Origin: the human T2T-CHM13v2.0 reference genome, Homo sapiens
Assembly: GCF_009914755.1 (NCBI RefSeq)
Contig: NC_060928.1
Reading direction: 5' to 3' (one strand)
Length of the DNA: 64,000 bases
The notes beneath the pieces were generated by a model. It was given only the letters and a program-made list of their open reading frames with translations. It was not told the DNA's origin and did not search any database. Made by a program: the position numbers and the translations under genes. Positions 31,141 to 52,159 of the stretch are shown here, piece by piece (the stretch's first letter is position 1; each line of letters begins with the position of its first letter).

Positions 31141-32589
31141 ATATTGAAATTGTTGATCACACACAATATGAAATAGAAAGAAATTGAAGAAATTATCCAA
31201 AAAAATTTAAATAAGGAGGAAAAACTATTTTTATGATAAAGTAGTAAAAATGATTGGCACACTTTTCCTTATTTCCTTAAACTAACTCATTTAGATTTTC
31301 TTATTTGGCATAATAGATGGAAAAGTTTTATATAGCAAGTCCCCAATATGCTTAGGTTCCATTTCTGAGCACATTTATGGTTTTCTTTTTACTCGTTCGT
31401 ATTTCTCTTCTTAACAGAGTGGAAAGCTTTGCTTTTCCCTACAGAGAATTCATAGACAACTGCCTAGTTGGTGGCCCACTTTAGTCCTTACCCATCTGAA
31501 TTTAAAATGCTGTTACAAGATTCCTTCTAAATTACCAAAACCTAACAGGCTATTTTCTCTCTGCATTTCTACTTGCCACTTATTTTCTACTTTGATTCTT
31601 GCAATACCAATTCAAACTTTCTCTTCTCTCTGTACCTCATATAAAAGGTTAATCTGCCAGCAAAATTGGTAACACTGTTTTTAAGCTTAATTTTTAAGAT
31701 AAAGAAATCACTGAAATTTGGTTTATTGTTTAATTTTGAAAGAAAATAACTATTTGGTACTTAATCATCTAAGAATTGTTTTTAATAATCTGCATCACAC
31801 TGAGAATGTTCATGTAAAGAAAGGGATTATTTTAAGTCATATTTATGTCAATATGAAAAAAGAAAATATTTACCAGAGGCAACAGTTTGGAGGAGACCAA
31901 TGTTTAAATTTATTTGGATGTGAATCGAGCATTTTGTAATAACAGTACAAAGATCACATTGTAATTGAGAAGTACTCCATAGATATGAATATTTCCATCT
32001 TAAACCAATTCAGTTACATGGTCCATTGACAAAATATTACATTTGTATTACATGTACAGAAAGATATACTTTAAAATAAAGTAATAGTAACTCAAAAGTA
32101 TTTGATTTTATCTTGGTATATTTCCAGGGAAACATTAAAAGTAGAATTAAAAGTGAATGAAAATGAAAATAGCACATCAAAAAAAAGATATGTAGAGGTC
32201 ATAATTTTTTTTAAAACCCTGTAATTATCAATAAGTATTTCTTCAAGACAGTTTTCATCCTTCATGATTAACGTACCCATTTTTCTTATTTTTCAACTGA
32301 ATTGGCTTCATAGTAGGGTTAGATATTTTCCAATAGACCATGATATTTGATTATATTCTAATCCAAATACTAGGCTATGTTTAGTCCTTTCTGTCCTTTT
32401 AAATCTTGCCACAGGCATTTCTAGTTGATGTTTGGCTTTTGAAAAAGTTTAGGTCAATGGAAGGTGTGGTGAAATATCTCCTCATTTCATCTGTTAAAAA
32501 TTTTATTTTCTATTTAATTCACTGAAAGGACAATATAACTGCTACAGGCCACAGTTAGCTGTTGCAATTGTTTCTGGTATGATGCAGAT

Positions 32590-33730
<1,141 letters not shown>

Positions 33731-35654
33731 GATGTTCCAACATCTGCACTATTTTGGGGGGAAGATATCACAAAGATCAGTTTCATAACAATGTATAATA
33801 CATTTGGGAAGACAGAAGTTAGACAACAGAAGTCATCTACTTTTGAGATAATTGGAGAAGAAGGCAAAGAAGTGAATCAAACTGAGGTTGAGAAGTAACT
33901 GCGTTCTCCAGTAATTGGAGAGTTTGCATATAGTTCACCCAGACCAAGAAAAAATCATAATGAAAGTAGAAAGGTGTCTATATACCCCAGAAAGTTAGCT
34001 GGCAAGAATTTGACTGATGTGATATGATATAATCCTTTGAAACAGAGCTTCCCTGCATAAAACTTACTATTAATTGATTTGATAGATTATATTCCCTGGT
34101 TTGAGTATTAATTAATTACATTCCCTGGTTTGCTTTGAGGAAGTTTATGTTTTCACTATTGTCCTTACATAATTATTGTTACCCACTCTTTTAACTTTCA
34201 AAAATGTATCAGTGTGACTAGTGAATTATTTGACCATCTTAACTAGAATATGCAAAGCTGGGTGGTTTATCTTATTTACATCGCTATGCTTGCCAATCTG
34301 TGACCTTATAAATTCACACACATCACATTTCTAGCAAAAAACATTTATGCTAAACTCAACATAACTGGTCCACTAAGTATGAATTAATGGAGTGTAAAAA
34401 TCACTGTGTCTTCCCTCACTGTGCCAACCAAAGTCATGCACATTACTCATTCTTCTTAAAGGTTTATTTAATTGGACCAAAATTCAAGAAAGCTAATATC
34501 AGAGACAGGGAATCTCTATTAAGTCACACATCTAATATTTTCTTAGGTGATTTTGTTTTCCAGGGAACTGAAGAGAGTTTTGTAGAGAAATAATTTGAGC
34601 ACCTAAATGAAAGCAGGTATGCCATCTGACTCAGTTCATTTCTGGGAAAAAAATGCTCAAAATAATCATGCTTCTTACAAAGAAGTCAAATTTAACACCC
34701 CCGAAACTAACCCTCCCAAGAGTATCTCATTTGAAATATAATATCCACAAGTTACACAGATACATGCCAGACATTTTTATTATTTAATTTTTTGGATACT
34801 GATGATTCAATTCATTGAATGGAAATTGCCATGTGAAGTCAGGATTAACCATAGAAGCGTGGGGTTGATGGGACTCTACTATCTTATTTCTTTCTTTGAA
34901 TAGCTTTCAATATATCAAAAGGTGAATATAAAAATGATATCTGTTCATTCCATCTTAAACCCTCTATCACCAAACTATTTCTTAACAAGGAAAAAAGGCA
35001 GTAGCTTTTTCCCTTATACTCACCCACCATTGCTTTTTAAAATCTCACTTAAAAAATACATACCTTTATTGAGTGTACAAAATTAAAATTATCCCGCTAC
35101 TAAATTCATTAACCTCTCCAACAGGACTCTCTTAAGCTAACATTCATAATACCCATTAGGCTTACATGCTGTGAAGGGGATAAATGAAGATAAGAATAGA
35201 GAAATGATAGAAGCACAAGAGAAAATTTGGCATATGTATTATAATCTCCAGCACTGCAGTTTCCTAGAGAATAAACATACCATCAGTCATGTCAATTAAT
35301 CCACACTACACTAATCCCAAGCTAAAGGATAAGCAATCAAATTAGGGGAAGAGGAGTATGTAGAGCATAACATCAGATGCATCCGAGAAAAAGCTTAGCA
35401 AAAGGGCTAACTTAAAGTGTGCTCCAGAATAAATAAGCCAGGATTATAATTGCCAGCACTAAAATGAAGTATGGCTACTCTAAGTGTATCAATGCTTGAA
35501 ATGAACTGTACAGCATAAAATGATTCCTGATGTTGGTCCTGGAGATAGTATATAATTCAAAAACTGAAGGACTGCAGCAAAGCAATAAGGGTAATCAGAT
35601 CAGGGATCTAAATCAGAATTCAAATTTTCAAAAATTGCCTGGAACTTCTTGTAA

Positions 35655-41515
<5,861 letters not shown>

Positions 41516-42147
41516 CACCCTTGACACTTTTAACTGTATTTGCTCAAATGCTTTTTTCTCTTACAGCTTATGAAGAGCATTGGCTTGTGGAGATGAATGA
41601 ATGAAATGAATAAATAAAATGTTAAAGGCACTTAAGCCATATTACACGAGTATAGTTAACTCTTTGGCAGAATAGGTGAGGTGTTTGGATGTCTTCTACT
41701 TCTCCCCTATCCCCAACATACACACTCTCCCAACACCCTGCCTATTTAGTTTCAGTCACCACTTAAAGACAGATAGTTGCACATTCCTCTTCCTTTTCTC
41801 ATCATTCAACTCTTTACTCAGAAAGTGACTGAGAGGGTGTTGAAATTTGTACTAATTTTGGAATTGTGAATACTGGGAATAGGCATACCAGCATGTATGG
41901 TAAATGGTTTCTAGAGTGATATTTTGCTAGAATTTGGGATTGGCATACACCTGATCAGCTGTTGCCATTTTTGGACCTATTATGATATATTTTATATACC
42001 ACTAGTTGCTAAGGGAGTATATCTATTTAAAATTCATAGAGAATCATTAAGCACTGAGCATCTTTTAGTCCTAATATCTTATTCCTTTCCTAGCACCAGG
42101 GAAAAGAGATATCAAAAAACAATCTCAAGAATTTTCTTCTCACACAT

Positions 42148-42629
42148 TGTATTGTTCAGGGTTCTCTAAAGGGATAGAACTAATAGAATATATACACATA
42201 TATATCTATATATTGATATAGATATACACATATATATATACAAAATATGAGAGCTTATAAAGTATTAACTCACAAGATCACAAGATCCCACAATAGGCCC
42301 TCGGCAAGCTGAGCAGCAAGAAGAGCCAGTCAAAGTCCAAAAGCTGAAGAACATGGAGTCCAGTATTCTAGGGCAGGAAGCATCCAGCACAGGAGAAAGA
42401 TGTAGGCTGGGAGGCTAAGCTAGTCTGGTCTTTTCACATTTTTCTGCCTGCATTATATTCACTGGCAGCTGATTAGATGGCGCCCACTAAGAGTAAGGGT
42501 GGGTCTGCCTTTCCCAGCCCACTGACTCAAATGGTAATCTCCTTTGGTAACACCCTCACAGACACACCCAGGATCAATATTTTGCATCCTTCAATTCAAT
42601 CAAGTTGACACTCATCATTAATGATCACA
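42148..42629 (-). mobile_element. MLT2A (MLT2A1-like) 3' LTR of HERV-L
   Basis: TGTATT...ATCACA termini, internal (TA)n, abutting polypurine tract (reverse complement AAGGGGTGGACT). Confidence 0.92.
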
Positions 42630-43011
42630 AGTCCACCCCTTGTCAACTTGAACCCATACACATCTCTTGAGATCATATATAATCTTCAAATAAAGACAAT
42701 AATAAGGTCATAATTACACCTAACATAATACAACTATCCTTTGTACACACCAATCCTCAACCAAAATTCTGTAAATTAACAATACTTAAATGCTGATATC
42801 AAGTCAATAAATCTTATGTCACATGATAAAGAAAAAAAGAAATAAAATGAGGTTTTTTAGTACAAGTGTATACATGCACCAACACGTTTTTAACAAAAGA
42901 AGGAAGAAATACTCATGACAATTACAGTCCTCGTTTCTGCAACTGATCACATGGTCATAGATGTTATTGATGACCACCTCTTCCCTTTGGTTCAGAAAGC
43001 ACCTCAGCAGG

Positions 43012-43420
43012 TCATGGTTTTTCTCCTAATGCAGTGACCCAAAACTTCACTCCTGAAAGGTCTGGGCCATTTGTAGTCCTGCCTGGATTGGGCTGTTGTA
43101 ATTTCCCATTGACCTTAATCACAGGGCATGGTAATATTAAGAGACTCCTGATGGATCTCCTGTATTCCATGCATACTCTTCCTAAACTCCGTTGTGGAGT
43201 GATTTCATCTTGATAGTCGGTGTCAGTCACCCCAGCCAACACTGTTAACTCCCTTCTTAGCCCATTGACTTAAAGATAGGAGAAGCCCAAAGTGTCCAGA
43301 TGGCAATCTTAACTTCCATTTTAATGGAATCATTGTTGTGTCTACTGGTGGCAGCATTCCTCCCTCTGGAACTAAGAATTCTAGGTCAGCAGAAAGTAAT
43401 GTCATGGAAACAGGAAGCAA
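43012..43420 (-). pseudogene. dut: HERV-L dUTPase remnant (frameshifted near 43240)
   Basis: LEFLVPEGGMLPP...LRLPSGHFGLL then GVTDTDYQDEI (motif III-like) in a second frame. Confidence 0.85.
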
Positions 43421-43479
43421 AAATTTGCTAGTGGATCACTAGGGGTGATGGTGAGTGGTGCCACTTCCACTTCCACCCC

Positions 43480-45900
43480 TTGATTCCTGGACCCATGAAA
43501 CAGTACCATATATTGGATGCTGATTCAGAGCATACACAGCCTTTTGGAGAACTTTTCCCCAGCCCTGCAAAGTATTGTCACCTAGTTGGCATTATAATTG
43601 TGACTTCAAAAGGCCATTCCACCATTCTGTCAATCCAACTGCTTCAGGATGATGGCGAACATGGTAAGACCACTGAATTCCATGAGCATGAACCCACTGC
43701 CTCGCTTCTTTAGTCATAAAGTGAGTCCCTTGGTGAGAGGCAATGCTGTGTGGAATACCATGACAGTGGATAAGCCATTCCGTGAGCCCATGGATGGTAG
43801 TCTTGGCAGAAACATTGCATGCAGGATAGGCAAACACATATCTGGAGTAGGTGTCTATTCCAGTGAGGATAAACCTATGCCTTTTCCATGATAAAAGAGG
43901 TCCAATATAATCAACCTGCCACCAGGTAGCTGGTTGATCACCACAAGGAATGGTGCCATATGGAGGGCTTGGAGCTTCTCTCTGCTGCTGGCAAATTTGG
44001 CACTCAGCAGTGGCCAGGTCAGCCTTGGTGAGTCCATGTTGCAGAGACCATGCATAACCTCCATTCCAGCCACCATGGCCACTTTGTTCATGGGCCTCTT
44101 GGGCAACGATGACAGGGGTGGCTGGGGAAAGAGGCTGAATGGTGTCCACAGAACAGTTCATCCTATTCACTTGATTATTATTAAAATCCTCCGCTGCTGA
44201 GGTCAACAGTTGGTGAGGGCTCCCGTGGGATACAAATATCTTCATGGTTTTTGACCACTCAGAGGGTTCCATCCACATACCTCTTCCCCAAATTTCTTTG
44301 TCACCTATTTTCCAAGCATGCTTCTTCCAAGTCCTTGACGATCCAGCCAAACCACTGGCTTCAGCCCATAAATCAGTATATAATTGCACATCTGGCCATT
44401 TCTCCTCCCATGCAAAGTGCACAACCAGGTGCGCTGCTAGAAGTTCTGCCCACTGGGAAGATTTCCCTTCACCACTGTCCTTCAGGGATGTCCTAGAAAG
44501 GGGCTGTAGTGCTGCAGCTGTCCACTTTCGGGTGGTGCCTGGACATCATGCAGAACCATCTGTGAACCAGGCCCTAGTCTTCTCTTCCTCTGTCAACTGA
44601 TCATAGGGAACTCCCCATGAGGCCATCAGTGTAGGCTAGGGGAGAGAAGGTATGGTGGCAGGAGTAAAGACCATGGACATTTGAGCCACTTCTTCATGTA
44701 ACTTACTAGTGCCTTCAGGACCTGCTCAAGACCGATCACATATATACAACTTCCATTTAATGATGGAATACTGCTGTGCACAACCCACTTTATGGAAGGG
44801 GTCAGAAAGCACCCAGTTCATGACAGGCAGTTCAGGTCACATGATGACTTGATGACCAATAGTCAAACCTTCAGTTTCCAGTAAAGCGCAGTAATAGGCC
44901 AAGGGCTATCTCTCAAAAGGAGAGTAGTTATATTCAGAACATGGCAGGGCCTTACTCAAAAATCCTAGAGGCTCCTGCTGTGATTCACCTATGGGGAACT
45001 GCCAAGGGCTTCAAACAGCATCCCTATCTGCCACTGACACCTCAAGCACTATTGGATCTGCTGGGTCACATGGCCCAAGTGGCACAGCAGCATGCACAGC
45101 AGCCTGGACCTGTTGCAGAGCCTTCTCCTGTTCTGGACCCCACTCAAAACTGGCGGCCTTAAGGGCCACTGCATAAATGGGCTGGAGTAACACACCTGAA
45201 TGAGAAATGCATTGCCTCTAAAATCCAAATAGGCCCACCAGGCATTGTCCCTCTTTCTTGGTTATGGGAGTGGCCAAATGCAGCAACTTATCTTTCACCT
45301 TAGAAGGAATATTTTGACAGGCCCTACACCACTGGACCCCTAGAAATTTTACTGAGATTGAAGTTCCCTGAGTTTGAGTCAGATTTATTTCCCATTCTCT
45401 GGCATGCAAATGTCTCACCAATAAGTCTAGTGTGTTTGCTACTTCTTGCTCACTGAATCCAATCAGTATAATGTCATCAATGTAATGGATCAGTGTGATA
45501 TCTTGTGGAAGCAAAAAGTGATCAAGAGCTCTCCAAATAAGATTATATCACAAAGCCAGAGAGTTGATATACCCCTGAGTAAGACAGTACAGGTATATTG
45601 AAGGCAAATTGCTTCTGGTGGGCCTTATGGACAGGGATGGAGAAAAAGGCATTTGCCAGGTTAGTGGCTGCATACCAGGTTCCAGGAGATGTGTTAATTT
45701 GCTCAAGCAATGAAACCACATCTGGTACAGCAGCTGCAACTGGAGTCACCACTTGGTTAAGCTTACAATAATCCACTGTCATTCTCCAAGATCCATCCGT
45801 CTTCTGCACAGGTCAAATGAGAGAGTTGAATGGGGATGCTGTGGCAATCACCACCCCTGTGTCTTTCAAGTCCTTGATGGTGGCACTATTCTCCAAAATC
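43480..45900 (-). pseudogene. pol: HERV-L pol remnant (RT, RNase H, integrase)
   Basis: [28 protein letters not shown] (RT); HEQSGH...CQIC and WQVDYIGPL (IN); fragmented into several ORFs. Confidence 0.9.
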
Positions 45901-45949
45901 CCCCCAGAGATGCGATATTGTTTTTGATTTACTATTTTTCTAGGTAGAG

Positions 45950-46300
45950 GCAGCACTAATGACTTCCATTTGGCCTTTCCCACCATAATAGCCCTCACCT
46001 TACCAGTCAGGGAACTAATGTGGGAATTCTGCCAGCTGCTAAATATGTCTATGCCAATTATGCATTCTGGCACTGGAGAAATGACCACAGGAGAGTCTGA
46101 GGACCCACTGGACCCACCGTAAGTCAGTCCTGAGCTAAAACTCCATAAATTATGTGGCCTCTATAAACCCCTACTTTAACTGGAGGACCACAATGATGTT
46201 TTGGGTCCCCTGGAATCAACATCAGCTCAGAGCCAGTGTCCAGTAGTCCCTGAAATGTCTGATCATTTCCCTTCCCCAGTGCACAATTACCCTGGTAAAA
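45950..46300 (-). pseudogene. pro: HERV-L aspartic protease remnant
   Basis: LLDTGSELMLIPGDP catalytic motif; ECIIGIDI in the following frame. Confidence 0.85.
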
Positions 46301-46599
46301 TACCAGAGGTCTCCTTGGGGAAGGATGGGAGAAAGACAAACAGCATAAATTGTTGGTAACGTAGTGGGGTCCTTCCCCAAGTTGACTGGCCTCCCCTTCA
46401 TTCAAGGGGTTCTGGGTCTGTAAACTGTAAAGTAGCTCAAGTCTGGAAATTGATTGAGAGGCTGTGATTCTCTGTTTTTACAATTCAAATTCGTCTTTTG
46501 TCCATTCGACCTAGAAGATTTCTGCTTATATAAATTAAGCAGGAATACAGTGGCATTCCTATCAATTTCAGACCCATTTACATTTACATTTTTAGATCA

Positions 46600-48930
<2,331 letters not shown>

Positions 48931-51900
48931 CAGAGTTTGTGCCCATGTAAGTCTCAAGACTTCCATCCTCTGCTAATAGAGTAGCATGTGAATGAGTTGC
49001 AAACCATTCTCCATCTTCCTTGCCTTTCACATTTTGCCCATCTTTCCATGGTCTCTCTCACACAAGCAAGGTTTAGCAGTCAACCAGTGACCTGTGGAGA
49101 AGTTACCTTATTTACTTTATGGTTCTTTCATATTTAGGAACTCTCCATCAATTTATGGCCTTATGCTTGCACAAACCAAACTGCAACATTGAGACAGCAA
49201 AGATGCAGGTTTTCACCCTCCATCCAGAATTGAGTTTGACCTTTGTGGCAGCAGAGCCCCTTGTTTTCAAGATAAAGTTATAATTATTGAAAATTTAACT
49301 AAGTGCATGTTGCAGGGAGGCAGAGAGTAGGAGCAGCCCTAAGCAAGAAGGGCCACTCTTTCCTACCATGCTTATTTGAAGCCCTTGCAATGATTGTTTT
49401 GGACAATTTTATCCATTTTAATATTTGTTTCCTTCAGAAAGGAATCACATATCCTCTTTGGTAACATTATTGGAAGTCTTATTATTATTAAATTATTGAA
49501 TGATGTTTAGTGAAACTGATGATATAAACAAAATGCGATTATCAAGTCATAGGAGAAAGAAGGAGGGGTGCAGGTGTCCAAAACTTAAATGAAAATTAGA
49601 AATTAGTATAAATTTTTTCAAGACTCATCCTTGTTCTCCAGAAACCTCATGATTAGTACTTACATATTAATAAAATGTTATGGCTGCTCTATAAGTCTAA
49701 TTATATCTGAAATCAAAATTTTATTATTATAATTTATTAGTTGCAGATAAGAATTATCAAGTTTGAACATAGTGCATTTGTATAAACTGAAAGTGTAAGT
49801 GACATTTTGTGGATTCTCTAAAAGCATAACTCTTAAAAACCTGCTTAGTTTGATTCAGATCTTTAGAATTGGTATGCCTCATGATATGGTAGGAATGTCA
49901 TATTTTGTCTGCTAGCCACAAGAAAAAAATATTTGATTTATAGTATTTCACAGACATAAAACAATGATAGACTCTTATCTATATCACTGCTATTCTTGAA
50001 TAATTAATGATATCAAAATATCATGGTGGCCTCCTCTTTGCTCTTATGTATATTTCATGGTCCCACCTTAATTGGCAAACTACATAGTTAGGAAAAATTA
50101 CCCTAAAAATGTATGATAATTAGATAAAATAAAATAGAGATTACAATAGATAGACTATATGTATTTTGCACAATATATTCTCACCCTTACTAAGTAACTC
50201 TATTAATAATTTAAAGATCTACAGTACTTTTGAGAAAATGGAACAATTTAACTGAACAGGGGAAGGAAAATTCCCTTGACATTTTCTAAGGGTTATCTCC
50301 TATTATATTATTAAAGTGTGGCAGCATTTTACTGGAGCCAGCAAAACAGAGAAAATTTTGCTTGAAATCCCAATCTCTGGTCCAAGAAAGGTCTTTATTA
50401 TTTAGCCTTCAGGAAAATGAAAGTGACAGATTGCAACTGTCAGTAGACACAGACTTCTTTTACGCTTCCCCTATTTTTCCTATTCCCAGTAGGATAGAGA
50501 ACTGATTAAACTCTGATTCCAGAATGTGAAATCAAGAAATTTCATAACCATGTGAGTGCCTTTTGCATGCATAAATGTTGCCATGGTGATCAGAACTTGA
50601 CATTATAATCTGCATTAGCTTCTCTAAAAAACGGTTAAGTAGGGAGTGTCAGAAAGCTGATATTTCTTGTTGTATCCCTTAAATCCCATCATTCACCCTC
50701 ATTTTTTAGATCTTCTTAAATTTAGTTTGCATTTTCCATTTCTGTATAATGTGGTATACATCAGAGAAGCAGTATATGTCAATCTCGTTAAATTATCTAT
50801 TTTAATAGCTCAGCAAATAATGATTTTATGAGTGACAGCATTCAATTCAGGGCATTCTAAACAGAAGTACCTGGCATTGAAATGCTTATGTTTAACTATA
50901 AAACCGTCAGTAAAGCAGGCAAAAGTTACAAGTCTTAAGGGATTCCCTTAAGACTTATCATGTTGCCGGGTATTTACTTCTTTTTTTAATTTTTCCTTCT
51001 CAAATTTGAATCACCTGTCAAATAATACCTATTTTGTATCCATTTCTGGAGGTGTCAGTTGGAGAGCTTTAGCATCCCAGTGCCTTCAAAACTAATTTTG
51101 ATAAGTGCTTCCAGGCACACCTTCCCAGGGCCATTGGGTCAGTCAAGTGAGCAGCTAAGAGATATGCAAGAGCGGTGTACTTGATCTTTAGATAACTGGG
51201 TATTATCTAAAAGCCATCACAGGGCATTTGGCAGTGAAGCTACTTATGGAGAATCCTTACCTTCCACCCTAAATCAACACTGCAATTCCTCTACTTTATA
51301 GCTGTTTTGGTGCTTAATTCCTTCTGTATTCAGAGAAGAAAGTTTGAACATAATATGATTCTTTTGAAGATGCATGGGTTGAGCAGGACTTTAATTTCAT
51401 TGCACAAGTGTGGGACACTTTGTTTTTTAAAAGAAAAAAAAACATTTAAAATCCATTTCTAATTGATTGGCTATGACTGTCCAGTCACCTATTTCTCTCT
51501 CCAGATCTCTGTGCTCACAGTATAATTGTGTAAGATTATTTTTCTTCACATGATTACCCTTCTTTTTATTTCCTGCTTAGATTTGTAAGTTCTGAGTTCT
51601 ACTTCTTACTTTCTCCTTTAAGGTAAAAATATATCAAGAAGTATTTACAAACTTTTCCTCTATATTTTTTTTTTGTGCTTTTCTATGCCTGCCAGTTTCT
51701 GAAGGATTTAACTAAGGAAATTAATTCTGAAGGAATTAACTAAGTCATATTTGTAATAATGCTCCCCTATAGAGGGCAAGCATTAGAGATGCAGTACTTT
51801 AAGTTTCAAAATATTTTCAATTTAATGGCATATTACTCAGATCTATCTATTTAGTTCATAATTTGTTTTGTATGTCTATAAAAATTAATTGAAGTTTGGG

Positions 51901-52159
51901 TGCAAGTGATGCTTAAAGCTTAAATGATTATTTTGGTTGCTCTAGCAATATACTGGTATGTTTCAGTCTTCAACATTGGTTGCTTTAGAATGTTTATTTG
52001 ACAATGACATAGACAGAAGGGAGTTATGGGAAAAGAAGGGTGATTAATATTGTGACCAATTATTACCTTGCCATCAAATTGCTTTGTAATAGCTTTGGGA
52101 GCTTGAGTCCATAAAAAGTATGTATTTTAAAAATGGTGGTTTTTTTACACTTTCTCTTC

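Larger units (their letters stand above)
42630..46570 (-). mobile_element. HERV-L (ERVL) internal region, 5'-truncated within gag
   Basis: Order gag-end/pro/RT/RNaseH/IN/dUTPase/PPT/LTR, no env. Confidence 0.93.

Noticed and set aside
31381-31445. Polypyrimidine tracts ending in AG (possible splice acceptors)
   Set aside because: No convincing downstream donor or coding frame; such tracts are common in AT-rich DNA.
51697-51744. 20-bp direct repeat (similar short duplications at ~23147 and ~34086)
   Set aside because: Ordinary two-copy local duplications with no array structure or poly(A) filler.
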